Shown here in pieces: positions 44,085-54,828 of a DNA stretch of 64,000 nucleotides. Both the position numbers and the translations under genes were made by a program. The notes below the pieces were generated by a model. That model had not been told where the DNA came from and did not search any database. It saw only the letters and a program-made list of their open reading frames with translations. The stretch comes from Gammaproteobacteria bacterium. GTDB taxonomy: Bacteria; Pseudomonadota; Gammaproteobacteria; G965277405. Numbering within the stretch: position 1 is the first letter of the stretch; each line of letters opens with the position of its first letter. The DNA lies in the NCBI GenBank assembly GCA_965277405.1, contig OZ255726.1, forward strand, positions 1,248,001 to 1,312,000, given 5' to 3'.

Positions 44085-45332
44085 ATGGAGTTTATAATGT
44101 TTATCATACAAAATAAATTTAGTCTGGCGACAATAATCGCTGTTGCATTGTTGCTTACTGGGACCGCTTCTTTAGCCGCCAACGACGCAATTACACTGGG
44201 CCCCCGCCCTGCTTTTCTTATTGACCAAATGAGAACAAGCCCGCTCAAGGAAAAACTCCTCGCCTGCGCCAGTAGCCCAGTCAAGCGTACATTATTCTCG
44301 ATTGGGCACCGCGGCGCATCACTGATGTTTCCAGAACATACAGAACAGTCCTACCGGGCAGCAGCTTCCATGGGCGCGGGGATAATTGAGTGCGATGTTG
44401 CATTCACTGCCGATAAAGAGCTTGTATGTCGCCATTCACATAGCGACCTGCAGACAACGACAAACATTCTGCTAACTCCACTCGCAGATACTTGCGTAAA
44501 GCCGTTCGTTGCTGCATCAGCCACGACAAAAGCCTCTGCAGAATGCCGTACCAACGATATTACTTTAGCTGAGTTCAGTTCGCTTAAGGGTAAGATGGAC
44601 TCTGCGAATGTCGCTGCAACAACTGCAGCAGACTACATGAATGGCACAGCGGGTTGGCGGACAAACCTCTACGCCACCAGTGCTGGCAAGTTGATGACCC
44701 ATGCAGAGTCAATCGAACTTTTCAAATCACTCGGCGTAAAGTTCACTCCAGAACTTAAAACACCAACTGTCAATATGCCAATGGATGGTTTCAGTCAGCA
44801 AGATTTTGCACAAAAAATGATCGATGAGTACAAAGCTGCTGGAGTTCCACCCGCCGATGTCTGGGCACAGTCTTTCCGTCTTGAAGATGTTCTCTACTGG
44901 ATCAACAACGAACCGGAGTTTGGTAAGCAAGCTGTTTATCTTGACGGCCGCTATGACATTGAGGGTTTTGACCCAATGAAGCCTGAAACTTTTGAGCCTT
45001 CGATGGGCGAACTTAAAAACATGGGCGTCAACTACATTGCACCACCAATCTGGGTATTGATCACTACTGCTGATGGCAAAATTATACCATCAACCTATGC
45101 CAAAGAAGCGCATGCAGCTGGTCTCAAAATCATTAGCTGGTCGCTTGAGCGCTCGGGTCCAATGGGCAGCGGTGGCGGCTGGTACTACCAGTCAGTCAAC
45201 GATGAGATCAATTCAGACGGAATGATTTTTGAGGTACTTGATGTTCTAGCACAAGGCGCCAAAATCGACGGTATGTTCTCTGATTGGCCGGCAACAGTTA
45301 GCTATTACGCAAGCTGCATGGGGCTAAAATAA
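44085..45332 (+). CDS. Secreted glycerophosphodiester phosphodiesterase family protein
   Basis: Signal peptide; IGHRGA, PEHT, IECDV, LVCRH and DGMFSDWP. Confidence 0.9.
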   Translation: MEFIMFIIQNKFSLATIIAVALLLTGTASLAANDAITLGPRPAFLIDQMRTSPLKEKLLACASSPVKRTLFSIGHRGASLMFPEHTEQSYRAAASMGAGIIECDVAFTADKELVCRHSHSDLQTTTNILLTPLADTCVKPFVAASATTKASAECRTNDITLAEFSSLKGKMDSANVAATTAADYMNGTAGWRTNLYATSAGKLMTHAESIELFKSLGVKFTPELKTPTVNMPMDGFSQQDFAQKMIDEYKAAGVPPADVWAQSFRLEDVLYWINNEPEFGKQAVYLDGRYDIEGFDPMKPETFEPSMGELKNMGVNYIAPPIWVLITTADGKIIPSTYAKEAHAAGLKIISWSLERSGPMGSGGGWYYQSVNDEINSDGMIFEVLDVLAQGAKIDGMFSDWPATVSYYASCMGLK

Positions 45333-45351
45333 CGACAAAAAGTCGCCACAA

Positions 45352-45487
45352 TAGGAGTGACTAGAGTCTGGACTCATTGTTTGATACTAATACAATGAGC
45401 GTATCAGTCATAGCGTATTGCGAATGTATGCTTAATAAGAGTTTCACGATAGTTGGTTGTCATAAGCAGACGAACTAGTCGCTCCTA
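45352..45487. repeat. Inverted-repeat-bounded structured element
   Basis: TAGGAGTGACTAG / CTAGTCGCTCCTA ends and an internal CTCATTGT/ACAATGAG hairpin. Confidence 0.55.
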
Positions 45488-45599
45488 ATCGTCACGGATC
45501 ACGTGCACATTGCGTTTAACCCTCTGCCCTTTTGCCAGCAGTTCACCTTGCCTAGCATCGGCATTTTGATCGACTGTGTGGGTTCAACTCGATAATTAG

Positions 45600-46846
45600 G
45601 GAAGCTCTGATTAAGACTCGCATATACTCCAAGAACTCTCATATACTCCAAAAAAGTAATAGCAATAATTTTCAATGGTCAATATTTGACCATTTCGCTG
45701 ATCTTCTGTTGCTGTTTTACTGTTTTTTACTGTTTTTTACTGTTTTTTACTGTTTTTCTTGAATTTTGGGCGGTTGTATCCTGTTAGCTGTCCGCGCAGC
45801 ATGTATAAGTTCGTCAATGCAAGCAAAGAAAATACTTGTACTCGGTTCTTTTCTAGTCCTTTGTAGCGAGCTTGCTGATAACCAAACTGACATTTGATTA
45901 CCCGAAAACAGTGCTCAATCCGGGCGCGCATTAGAGTTCTGTGTATTGCGTTGGCGCTGCGAGCCGCTCATTTGCTGCTTTGGTTTACGTTTATCATTCA
46001 CGCGCCAATCTATCCCAAGGTGACGCGAGCCGCGTTTATAACTGTCGCTCGTATATCCTGCATCGGCAAAGATAACCTTATCTGTTTCACGCAGCAATTT
46101 GGGGAGTTCATTGATGTCAGCTTCATTCGCGGCTGTGGTGGTAGGCCGCGGCTGTGGTGGTAGGCATTGCCGCGCTATGAATCATATTGCTATTAGCGTC
46201 AGTTCCTATATGAATCTTCATGCCAAAATACCACTGATTGCCTTTGCGGGTTTGATGCATTTCAGGATCCCGTTTTTTCTCTTTAATTCTGCGTAGACGA
46301 CGGTGCATTGATGACCGTGGCAGCAACCATCGACCCTTGTGAGATTATTATATTATTTTCCATACAATACTCATTCACCACAGCAAGTATCTTGATGCTG
46401 AGTTGATGTTTTTCTATGATCCTGCGGGCAAGTTCAAGATGGTGGTTTCATCAGGGATGGCATCGTCTATCAGCTCTATCTGGGCAAAACGCCGCATGCT
46501 TTCCATGTCTACAGTGCTTCTGCTACCCCTGGGTCTGATAAGTTGTACCATTGCTGTAAAAAATAAACGCGTAACATGGTCTGCATATTAATTGGTGGGC
46601 GACCATTCCCTTTCTTGGGATAATGCGGTTCTATTAACGCTAACAACCGTTGCCATGGAGCTAATTTGTCCATTAACTGCAAGAATTTTTTTTGGTTTCA
46701 TTGTTACTTTCTTGTGGTCGTATGCAGCACTGGCAAAAGTTGTTTGTTTCATAAGATTATCCGCTTATTCAAATATTCAAATAGATTCACCATTGTATAT
46801 CTTTGTAGCTGATATTGCTGTTGTTTGGGACTTAATCAGAGATTCC
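45600..46846 (-). mobile_element. IS5-family copy A6, pseudogenised
   Basis: Both TIRs present with TTAG on both sides; multiple frameshifts and a short internal duplication near 46128-46165. Confidence 0.9.
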
Positions 46847-46850
46847 TTAG

Positions 46851-47146
46851 GGAAGCTCTGATTAAGTCCATGACGGGGGAGACGGAGAAAAAACGCTGAT
46901 GAAACTTAAGCGCAGTGCGCAGTTTACACTGGTGGGTTGGGGGTATTGCCAAGTGCTGCAACGACGCAGCGCAGCGTTTTTTCCGTCCCTCTATATGAAT
47001 TTACTTTGGGTTTGCGGCAATTGCTTACGCTGGCTGTGTTGCCTCCCTTGGCGTATATGCTAGGTCATGCGCGCAGCGGTTTGCGCCTTGCAATTATCAG
47101 CAATTGCAGGCAAACTCGCTCCATCAGCGAGTTAATCAGAGCTTCC
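46851..47146 (+). mobile_element. MITE copy M3
   Basis: TIRs intact, flanked by TTAG and CTAA; interior is a diverged homolog of M1 and M2. Confidence 0.9.
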
Positions 47147-47197
47147 CTAAACTAAGGTATTTTGTTGTTAAAAAATGACTGATCAACGCTATTTGAG

Positions 47198-47977
47198 ATG
47201 ACAGAACGGATGTTGCGAGGAAAGACCGCCTTGGTGACTGGCTCGACCAGCGGTATTGGGCAAGGTATTGCTGCAGCACTAGCAGCACAAGGGGCGAACA
47301 TCGTGCTCAACGGTTTTGGCGACGCACGCGTCATTAACAAGCTACAAACGCGGCTTGCTGCTACGCACAGGGTGACTGTGGACTATGATGAAAGCAACAT
47401 GTCTAGCCCAGCAGAGATTACCACCATGGTCCAATGCCGTGACATTGATATTCTGGTCAACAATGCTGGCATCCAGTTCATAGCGCCGCTTGAGGAATTC
47501 CCTAACGAGCGCTGGGATGCTATCATCGCCATCAATCTCTCTGCGGCTTTTCATGCTACCAAGGCAGCGCTGCCGACCATGCGCAACAAGGGCTGGGGAC
47601 GCATCATCAACATCGCTTCGGCACACGGTCTCTCAGCCTCGGTTAATAAATCGGCGTATGTAGCTGCTAAACACGGCATAATTGGTCTGACCAAGGTGAC
47701 GGCGCTGGAAACCGGCGGCAGCGGTATTACCTGCAACGCAATCTGCCCAGGATGGGTGCTGACGCCTATAGTAAAAAAGCAAATCAAAGCTCGCGCCGCG
47801 GAGTCAGGCGCGAGCTACGAGGATGAAAAGCTGGCATTGGTTGCAGAAAAAACGCCGTCAAAGGACTTCTCGACGCCCGAGCAGATCGGTGGTCTGGCGG
47901 TTTTCCTCTGTTCACCTTTTGCCAAGCAGATCACAGGCGCGCCGCTTTCCATCGACGGCGGCTGGATGGCCCAGTAG
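47198..47977 (+). CDS. 3-hydroxybutyrate dehydrogenase (SDR family)
   Basis: TGSTSGIG, NNAGIQ, SAHGL, KSAYVAAKHG and CPGWVLTP. Confidence 0.88.
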   Translation: MTERMLRGKTALVTGSTSGIGQGIAAALAAQGANIVLNGFGDARVINKLQTRLAATHRVTVDYDESNMSSPAEITTMVQCRDIDILVNNAGIQFIAPLEEFPNERWDAIIAINLSAAFHATKAALPTMRNKGWGRIINIASAHGLSASVNKSAYVAAKHGIIGLTKVTALETGGSGITCNAICPGWVLTPIVKKQIKARAAESGASYEDEKLALVAEKTPSKDFSTPEQIGGLAVFLCSPFAKQITGAPLSIDGGWMAQ

Positions 47978-48047
47978 GGTTTTTCGTTTTGCAACCATCA
48001 GCAATTGCCAGAAAACTCGCTCCATCAGCGAGTTAATCAGAGCTTCC
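47978..48047 (+). mobile_element. MITE right-end half
   Basis: Matches the last ~70 bp of the MITE, ending GTTAATCAGAGCTTCC then TTAG. Confidence 0.85.
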
Positions 48048-48060
48048 TTAGGTTTGCTGA

Positions 48061-49665
48061 TTATTTTTTTGCAGATTCCTTAATCATTACGGCGGCTTTT
48101 TCCGCAATCATGATGGTTGGGGAGTTGGTGTTACCAGAAATGATGGTTGGCATGATTGAGGCATCGGCAATACGCAGTCCTGTCAGGCCGCGCAGGCGCA
48201 GTTGCGGGTCGACGACGGCATGCGCGTCTATTCCCATGCGACACGTCCCCACGGGATGATAAATCGTGGTGCCAATTTTGCCACTTGCTCGAATCAAATC
48301 GTCTTCGCTCTGATATAATAGCCCGGGTTGGAATTCTTCTGGTTGGTAAGCCGCAAGGGCTGGTTGGCTGATGATCTTGCGGGTCAGCAAAATGGCAGCA
48401 ACCGCCACACGTTTATCTGCATCTGCCGCAAGATAATTAGGCGCGATGGCGGGTTGTTGTTGAAAATCTGGGGAGGTAATGTGGATTGAACCACGGCTTT
48501 GCGGGCGCAAATTGCACACGCTGGCAGTAAATGCAGGGAAGGGATGGACAGGGTCACCAAATTTTTCCAGTGATAGCGGTTGCACGTGATACTGCAGGTT
48601 TGGGGTTGCAAAAGACGCATCTGATTTTGTAAAAACACCAAGCTGGCTGGGGGCCATCGCCATCGGTCCAGACTGGTTGAATAGATATTCTAGGGCCATT
48701 CTTCCCTTGCCGATCAAGCTACTGGCCTGTTCATTCAGCGTCTTGATGCCACTGACCCGAAACGCGCAGCGCAATTGCAGATGGTCCTGTAGGTTTTCGC
48801 CGACATCTCGGCTTTCAAGAACAATATCGATACCTGCTTGTTGCAGGACATCACCGCGACCGATTCCTGACAGTTCCAAAATATGTGGTGAGCCAACAGC
48901 ACCTGCTGACAAAATGATTTCGCGGCGTGCTGTGACGGTTGCGATACTCCCGTTGCGTTCATATTCAACGCCAGTAACATGACCGTTTTCAATGACTAGG
49001 CGCCTAACCTGTGCATGGGTCTGCAATTCAAGGTTTTTTCGAGTTAACGCCTGTTTGAGGAATGCCTTTGACGTGTTCCAGCGAATACCGCGTTTCTGGT
49101 TGACATCAAAATAAGCTGAACCCTCGTTATTACCGCGATTGAAATCTTCCACCTTGGGGATGCCAGCCTGTTGGGCGGCACGCTGAAATGCGTCAAGGAT
49201 ATTCCAGCGCACCCGCGCCCGTTCCACCCGCCATGGACCGCCCGCGCCATGCCAATCATTGTTACCGTCAAAGTAATGTTCGGATTTGATGAACATTGGC
49301 AAAACATCGTCCCAGCCCCAACCCTCACACCCTAACTGTTGCCATTGGTCATAATTCGCAGCCTGACCACGCATGTAGATCATCCCGTTGATCGAGGAGC
49401 TGCCGCCCAGCACCCGACCGCGAGGATAGGAAATAGTCCGCCCGTTCAGCCCCGGCTCTGCCTCGGTGTGGAAACACCAATCGACATTTGGATTACCGAT
49501 GCAATACAAATAACCTATGGGAATGTGGATCCAGGGGTTAGTATCTTTGCCGCCAGCCTCCAACAGCAGGATGGTGGCGCCTGCAATTTCTGACAGGCGA
49601 TTGGCAAGGGTACACCCCGCCGAACCTGCTCCGATAATAACATAGTCGAACTGCTGCACGATCAA
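48061..49665 (-). CDS. GMC-family oxidoreductase (choline dehydrogenase-like)
   Basis: GAGSAG, GGSSSINGMIY, GENLQDH, HPVGTCRMG and GNTNSPT. Confidence 0.92.
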   Translation of the reverse strand: MIVQQFDYVIIGAGSAGCTLANRLSEIAGATILLLEAGGKDTNPWIHIPIGYLYCIGNPNVDWCFHTEAEPGLNGRTISYPRGRVLGGSSSINGMIYMRGQAANYDQWQQLGCEGWGWDDVLPMFIKSEHYFDGNNDWHGAGGPWRVERARVRWNILDAFQRAAQQAGIPKVEDFNRGNNEGSAYFDVNQKRGIRWNTSKAFLKQALTRKNLELQTHAQVRRLVIENGHVTGVEYERNGSIATVTARREIILSAGAVGSPHILELSGIGRGDVLQQAGIDIVLESRDVGENLQDHLQLRCAFRVSGIKTLNEQASSLIGKGRMALEYLFNQSGPMAMAPSQLGVFTKSDASFATPNLQYHVQPLSLEKFGDPVHPFPAFTASVCNLRPQSRGSIHITSPDFQQQPAIAPNYLAADADKRVAVAAILLTRKIISQPALAAYQPEEFQPGLLYQSEDDLIRASGKIGTTIYHPVGTCRMGIDAHAVVDPQLRLRGLTGLRIADASIMPTIISGNTNSPTIMIAEKAAVMIKESAKK

Positions 49666-49674
49666 GCTGGCTTG

Positions 49675-50688
49675 CTAGTCTCGCGACCGCAGCCGCAGCC
49701 GCAGCCGCAGCCGCAGCTTCGACGCAAGTTTGGATGCATTGAATTCCCCGACAACCCCACGACGGAATAATAAGACGCATACTATGAAAATAACCCCCGT
49801 CAAAACCGTGACTGGGAACCCGGTCGTAGACAAATAATTCTGTATGGTTACAACAAAAGCCGCCCCAAAAATCGGACCAAAAATAGTGCCAATCCCGCCC
49901 AACAGCGTCATCAGGATCACTTCGCCAGACATTTGCCAAGCAACATCTGTCAGGGTAGCAAACTGGAATACCATGGCCTTAAGCCCGCCAGCAAGCCCTG
50001 TTATTGCAGCTGACATAACAAATGCTGCCAGTTTGTAAAGATGTACCGAATACCCAAGCGAAATCGCGCGGCTTTCGTTGTCGCGGATAGCCCGTAAGAT
50101 CATCCCGAACGGCGAATGTACGACCCTCCATACCGCAAACACCCCAACAACAAATACCGCCAGAACAAAGAAATACATGTTTAGCGGGTCGTTCAGGTCG
50201 ATAAATCCGAGTAGATGACCGCGGGGAATCCCTTGCAACCCGTCTTCGCCCTTAGTAAAATCTACCTGCAGGCAGAAGAAAAAGAACATTTGCGCCAGCG
50301 CCAGCGTAATCATTGCAAAATAGATGCCCTGGCGACGAATGGCGAAAAATCCAATAACCAGCCCCATGCAAGCTGCCCCTACCACACCAAGCATAATACC
50401 TGCTGCTGGCGGCAAGCCCCATACCTTGACCGCGTGGGCGGTAAAATAGGCGGCTCCACCAAAAAAGGCGGCATGCCCAAACGACAGCAGACCAGTAAAA
50501 CCTAACAGCAGGTTGAACGCACTGGCAAACAAGGCAAAGCAGAGTACTTTCATCAGAAAGAACGGATACAGAACAAAGGGAGCCACGAGCAGCCCAATCA
50601 GCAAAACCGCGAGCAGGGCCAGCTGCAGCAATCCTGCTATGCGCTGGTTTGCTGCGGTTGCCATTGTTATTTTTTTCATATCACCCAT
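49675..50688 (-). CDS. Branched-chain amino acid-type ABC permease (LivM-like)
   Basis: GLLSFGHAAFFG, YFAMITLA and AIRDNE.RA. Confidence 0.9.
   Translation of the reverse strand: MGDMKKITMATAANQRIAGLLQLALLAVLLIGLLVAPFVLYPFFLMKVLCFALFASAFNLLLGFTGLLSFGHAAFFGGAAYFTAHAVKVWGLPPAAGIMLGVVGAACMGLVIGFFAIRRQGIYFAMITLALAQMFFFFCLQVDFTKGEDGLQGIPRGHLLGFIDLNDPLNMYFFVLAVFVVGVFAVWRVVHSPFGMILRAIRDNESRAISLGYSVHLYKLAAFVMSAAITGLAGGLKAMVFQFATLTDVAWQMSGEVILMTLLGGIGTIFGPIFGAAFVVTIQNYLSTTGFPVTVLTGVIFIVCVLLFRRGVVGEFNASKLASKLRLRLRLRLRSRD
49687..49716. repeat. Hexamer microsatellite (CCGCAG)x5
   Basis: Encodes the LRLRLRLRLR tail of the permease. Confidence 0.9.
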
Positions 50689-51568
50689 CCCGACCAAACA
50701 GACCGGCAGGGCGGATCAACAGCACAATCGCCATAATTACAAAAATCACGATGTTTGATGCTTCGGGGTAGAATACCTTGGTCAACCCTTCGAGGATGCC
50801 AAGCATATACCCCGTCACAATCGCCCCCATGATCGACCCCATCCCCCCGACCACGACAATCGCAAACACCACAATAATCAAGTTCGACCCCATCAGCGGG
50901 CTGACCTGATAAATCGGGGCTGCCATAACCCCAGCCAATGCGGCCAGCCCGACACCAAGCCCGTAGGTCAGCGTCAGCAGCAACGGAACATTGACGCCAA
51001 ATGCTTGCACCAGCGTCGCATTTTCGGTAGCAGCTCGCAGATACGAGCCAAGCTTGGTTTTTTCGATCAACAGCCAGGTGCTGATGCAAATTATCAGCGA
51101 TGCAATAATCACCCAGCCGCGATAGATCGGTAGATACATGAAGCCGAGATTAACACCACCCTGGAGCAAGGCTGGCGGGGCATATGGCTGCCCTGAAGAC
51201 CCGTAAAAATAACGAAAGCCCCCTTCCATCACCAGCGCCAGACCAAAAGTGAACAGCAGTCCGTATAAATGATCAAGGTTGTAAAGGCGGCGCAGCGCGA
51301 AGCGTTCGATCACAATACCGCTGATGGCAACAATCACTGGGGCAACCAGTAGTGCTAGCCAGTAATTGATGCCAAGCCATGCCAGCAGGAGATAGCCGAC
51401 AAAAGCCCCCATCATGTATTGCGCGCCATGGGCGAAGTTGATCATGCGGAGTAGACCAAAAATTATCGCCAGACCAAGACTCAGCATGGCGTAAAATGAC
51501 CCGTTGATCAGCCCGATGAGCAGTTGACCAAGCAAGGTCTGGATTGGAATTCCAAACATCATTGTCAT
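50681..51568 (-). CDS. Branched-chain amino acid-type ABC permease (LivH-like)
   Basis: INFAHG, VVVGGMGS and RPAGLFG. Confidence 0.9.
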   Translation of the reverse strand: MTMMFGIPIQTLLGQLLIGLINGSFYAMLSLGLAIIFGLLRMINFAHGAQYMMGAFVGYLLLAWLGINYWLALLVAPVIVAISGIVIERFALRRLYNLDHLYGLLFTFGLALVMEGGFRYFYGSSGQPYAPPALLQGGVNLGFMYLPIYRGWVIIASLIICISTWLLIEKTKLGSYLRAATENATLVQAFGVNVPLLLTLTYGLGVGLAALAGVMAAPIYQVSPLMGSNLIIVVFAIVVVGGMGSIMGAIVTGYMLGILEGLTKVFYPEASNIVIFVIMAIVLLIRPAGLFGRDG

Positions 51569-51581
51569 AGGTTCATTAGAG

Positions 51582-52292
51582 TTACACTCCTAAAACTTCA
51601 TGCAGCACGTCTATCTTGTCGGGTAATTCGTTCACGTGAAAGCCGTTGGTCACCATTCCATGGTCCATCACATAGAACCAGTCGGCGATTTTACTGGCAA
51701 AGCGGAAATTCTGCTCGACTAGCAGAATGGTCATGCCGCGTTGTTTCAAGGTTTGCAACACCTTACTAATACGCTGGATAATAACCGGTGCCAGACCCTC
51801 GGTCGGCTCGTCTAACAGCAACATCTTGACGCCGGTGCGCAGCATGCGCGCAATGGCAAGCATCTGCTGCTCTCCGCCAGAAAGTTTTGATGCAGAACTG
51901 GTGCGCCGTTCCAGCAGGTTAGGAAAAAGCTCATATATTTCATCAACCGACATGCCGTTGTTGGAAACGACAGGCGGCAACATCAGGTTCTCCTCGACAC
52001 TTAGCGTTGCGAAAATACCGCGCTCTTCTGGCACGAAACCAATTCCAGTGCGTGCCGTATAATGGAGCGGTCTGTGCATAATGTTCGCTCCATCAAATTC
52101 GATTGTACCGGTGCGCTGGCGCACAATACCCATGATCGACCGCAGCGTGGTTGTTTTACCCATGCCATTACGCCCAAGGATGGTAACAGTTTCGCCTGCG
52201 CGAACGTCAAGGTCGACACCGTGGAGGACATGGCTTTCGTCGTACCACGCATTGAGTCCCCGTACCGCAAGGCGGATTTTTTTATCAGTCAT
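51582..52292 (-). CDS. ABC ATP-binding protein (LivF-like)
   Basis: GRNGMGKTT, LSGGEQQMLA and LDEPTEGLAP. Confidence 0.92.
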   Translation of the reverse strand: MTDKKIRLAVRGLNAWYDESHVLHGVDLDVRAGETVTILGRNGMGKTTTLRSIMGIVRQRTGTIEFDGANIMHRPLHYTARTGIGFVPEERGIFATLSVEENLMLPPVVSNNGMSVDEIYELFPNLLERRTSSASKLSGGEQQMLAIARMLRTGVKMLLLDEPTEGLAPVIIQRISKVLQTLKQRGMTILLVEQNFRFASKIADWFYVMDHGMVTNGFHVNELPDKIDVLHEVLGV

Positions 52293-53127
52293 AATCAGTC
52301 CCCATATAGGCAACCTTGACACGCTCGTCGTTGCTGACCGTGGCATAGTTGCCAGCGGCTAGGATTTTGCCGCGTTGTAAAACGGTAATATGATCGCAAA
52401 GATCCGCCACAACTTTGAGATTATGCTCAACCATCAGCACTGCACGTGTTTTGGCGACATCGCGGATCAGTGCGGCAACCATGCTGACATCCTCGCTGCC
52501 CATCCCCGACATCGGTTCGTCAAGCAACAAAACTTTGGGGTCAAGCGACAAGGTGGTGGCAATTTCAAGGGCGCGCTTGCGCCCATAGGAAAGGTCGGCA
52601 GCGTTGCTATTGCATTCGTTTTCCAGCCCAACAGACGTCAGAAGTTCCATCGCACGCTCATTCAAAACATCGAGTTTACCAAGCGGTTGCCAGAATTGTA
52701 CGGCAAGATTGCCTAAGCGTTGTAGCGCAACACGAACATTTTCCAAAACGCTCAGATGCGGAAAGACTGCCGAAATCTGGAACGACCGTACCATCCCCAT
52801 CCGTGCCACGCGCGCAGGCGCCATCTTGGTGATGTCTTGGTCCAACAAGGTAATGGTACCACTGGTCGGTTGTAGGAATTTTGTCAGCAGATTGAAAACG
52901 GTCGTTTTCCCAGCGCCATTTGGACCGATCAACGCGTGTATTTTGGCATCTTCAACGTCAAGATCAACATTGTCAACCGCGGTAAAACTGCCAAAATCAC
53001 GCCGCAGACCGCGGGCGGCAAGAACCACCCGAGATTTTTTGCTGTGTTGTGAACTGTGTTGTGAGCTGTGTTGTGAATTACCGAGAATTTCAGTATGTGC
53101 GGCAGCCATCAAGACTTTATTTTGCAA
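52285..53127 (-). CDS. ABC ATP-binding protein (LivG-like)
   Basis: GPNGAGKTT, LSYGRKR and VEHN; SQHS repeats at the N-terminus. Confidence 0.92.
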   Translation of the reverse strand: MQNKVLMAAAHTEILGNSQHSSQHSSQHSKKSRVVLAARGLRRDFGSFTAVDNVDLDVEDAKIHALIGPNGAGKTTVFNLLTKFLQPTSGTITLLDQDITKMAPARVARMGMVRSFQISAVFPHLSVLENVRVALQRLGNLAVQFWQPLGKLDVLNERAMELLTSVGLENECNSNAADLSYGRKRALEIATTLSLDPKVLLLDEPMSGMGSEDVSMVAALIRDVAKTRAVLMVEHNLKVVADLCDHITVLQRGKILAAGNYATVSNDERVKVAYMGTDYD

Positions 53128-54331
53128 CCAAAGGGCAACCGCTGTCGGCAGGATTGATAAATGCTTGGTCTCCAGGAATAGTATCGAGAACGTTGTAATA
53201 GTCCCAATCGCCCTGCATCTCGCTTGGCTTTTTGACTTCCATCAGATACATGTCATGGATCATGATACCATTGGCACCGACTTTGCCGTTCTTAGCAAAC
53301 AGATCGTTGACCGGCATTGCATGCAGCACCTTGGCAACCGCTTTGGTGTCGTCAGTACCAGCTTTCTTGATTGCCTTGAGGTATTGCAGCACGGCGGAAT
53401 ACGTACCTGCGTGAATCATGTTTGGCATACGCCCGGTACGCGCAAAAAAACGCTTGCCAAAGGCACGGCTCTCGTCGTTGCGATCCCAATAAAACGCTTC
53501 GGTCAACGATAGACCCTGTGCTGCTTCTGCACCAAGACCATGTACTTCGGCAATGGTGATAAGTAGTGCAGCAAGGCGCTGGCCGCTTTGAACAATGCCA
53601 AATTCTGCGGCCTGTTTGATGGCGTTGGCGGTGTCGAGTCCAGCATTCGCCAGACCGATGACCTTGGCACCCGATGCCTGTGCCTGCAACAGGAACGACG
53701 AATAGTCACTTGTTGACAGCGGATGGCGCACCGAACCAAGGACCTTGCCGCCGTTATCCTTGACAAAATTGCTTGTCTGCTCCTCAAGCGAATAGCCAAA
53801 GGCGTAGTCGGCAGTCAGGAAAAACCACGTGTCACCACCATCTTTTACCAACGCACCGCCAGTACCAACCGCAAGGGAGTGGGTGTCAAAGGCCCAATGG
53901 AAGCCATACGGTGAGCACTGTTTACCTGTTAGCACCGTGGTAGCTGGACCAGTAGCGATGTTGATCTTTTCCTTGTCCATAGAAATGCCCTGAACGGCCA
54001 ACGCCACCGAGGATGACGTTAATTCCATGATCGAATCAACATGGTCGCGATCATACCATTGCCGCGCGATATTGGCGGCAACGTCTGCTTTACTCTGATG
54101 GTCGGCGGTGATAACTTCGACTGGCTTGCCCAAAACGCTGCCACCAAAATCCTCGACCGCCATTTTGGCGGCTTCATAGGACCATGTGCCGCCGAAGTCG
54201 GCATACACGCCAGACTGGTCGTTCAAGATGCCAATTTTGACAACATTGTCGGAAATTTGTGCTTGTGCTTGCTGGGATGCAGCCGCAACTGCTGCCATCA
54301 TTATCATACACGTAATTGCAATTTTTTTCAT
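53117..54331 (-). CDS. ABC substrate-binding protein (Liv/PBP1 type), paralog 1
   Basis: Signal peptide, VKIGILNDQSG and TADY.FG; SD AGGGGG before the ATG. Confidence 0.92.
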   Translation of the reverse strand: MKKIAITCMIMMAAVAAASQQAQAQISDNVVKIGILNDQSGVYADFGGTWSYEAAKMAVEDFGGSVLGKPVEVITADHQSKADVAANIARQWYDRDHVDSIMELTSSSVALAVQGISMDKEKINIATGPATTVLTGKQCSPYGFHWAFDTHSLAVGTGGALVKDGGDTWFFLTADYAFGYSLEEQTSNFVKDNGGKVLGSVRHPLSTSDYSSFLLQAQASGAKVIGLANAGLDTANAIKQAAEFGIVQSGQRLAALLITIAEVHGLGAEAAQGLSLTEAFYWDRNDESRAFGKRFFARTGRMPNMIHAGTYSAVLQYLKAIKKAGTDDTKAVAKVLHAMPVNDLFAKNGKVGANGIMIHDMYLMEVKKPSEMQGDWDYYNVLDTIPGDQAFINPADSGCPLVAK

Positions 54332-54432
54332 TGAGGTTCCCCCTTGATAGACATGTGTAGTTTGGTGCTGATATGCCACACCGATGAATTTTGTTACTCT
54401 TTATCCTCCATTTTAAGCGTCGGATTGCATCC

Positions 54433-54828
54433 TTAGCTTTGCAGTATAACTTGAGAACTGCCACCAGCAAATACATTAGTGGCTTTTGTCTTGTAAAAAT
54501 CTTTGCACCTAATCCGTGCCACGCGCGCAGGCGCCATCTTGGTAATGTCTTGGTCCAACAAGGTAATGGTACCACTGGTCGGTGGCAGGAATTTTGTCAG
54601 CAGATTGAAAACTGTCGTTTTCCCAGCGCCATTTGGACCGATCAACGCGTGTATTTTGGCATCTTCAACGTCAAGTTCAACATTGTCAACCGCGGTAAAA
54701 CTGCCAAAATCACGCCGCAGGCCGCGGGCGGCAAGAACCACCCGAGATTTTTTGCTGTGTTGTGAACTGTGTTGTGTATTACCGAGAATTTCAGTATGTG
54801 CGGCAGCCATCAAGACTTTATTTTGCAA
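54433..54828 (-). pseudogene. Truncated LivG-like copy created by the duplication
   Basis: N-terminal part of livG breaks at the junction (PARVAR then unrelated sequence). Confidence 0.9.

Noticed and set aside
45488-45595. Possible truncated gene tail on the minus strand
   Set aside because: Too short and no recognisable motif.
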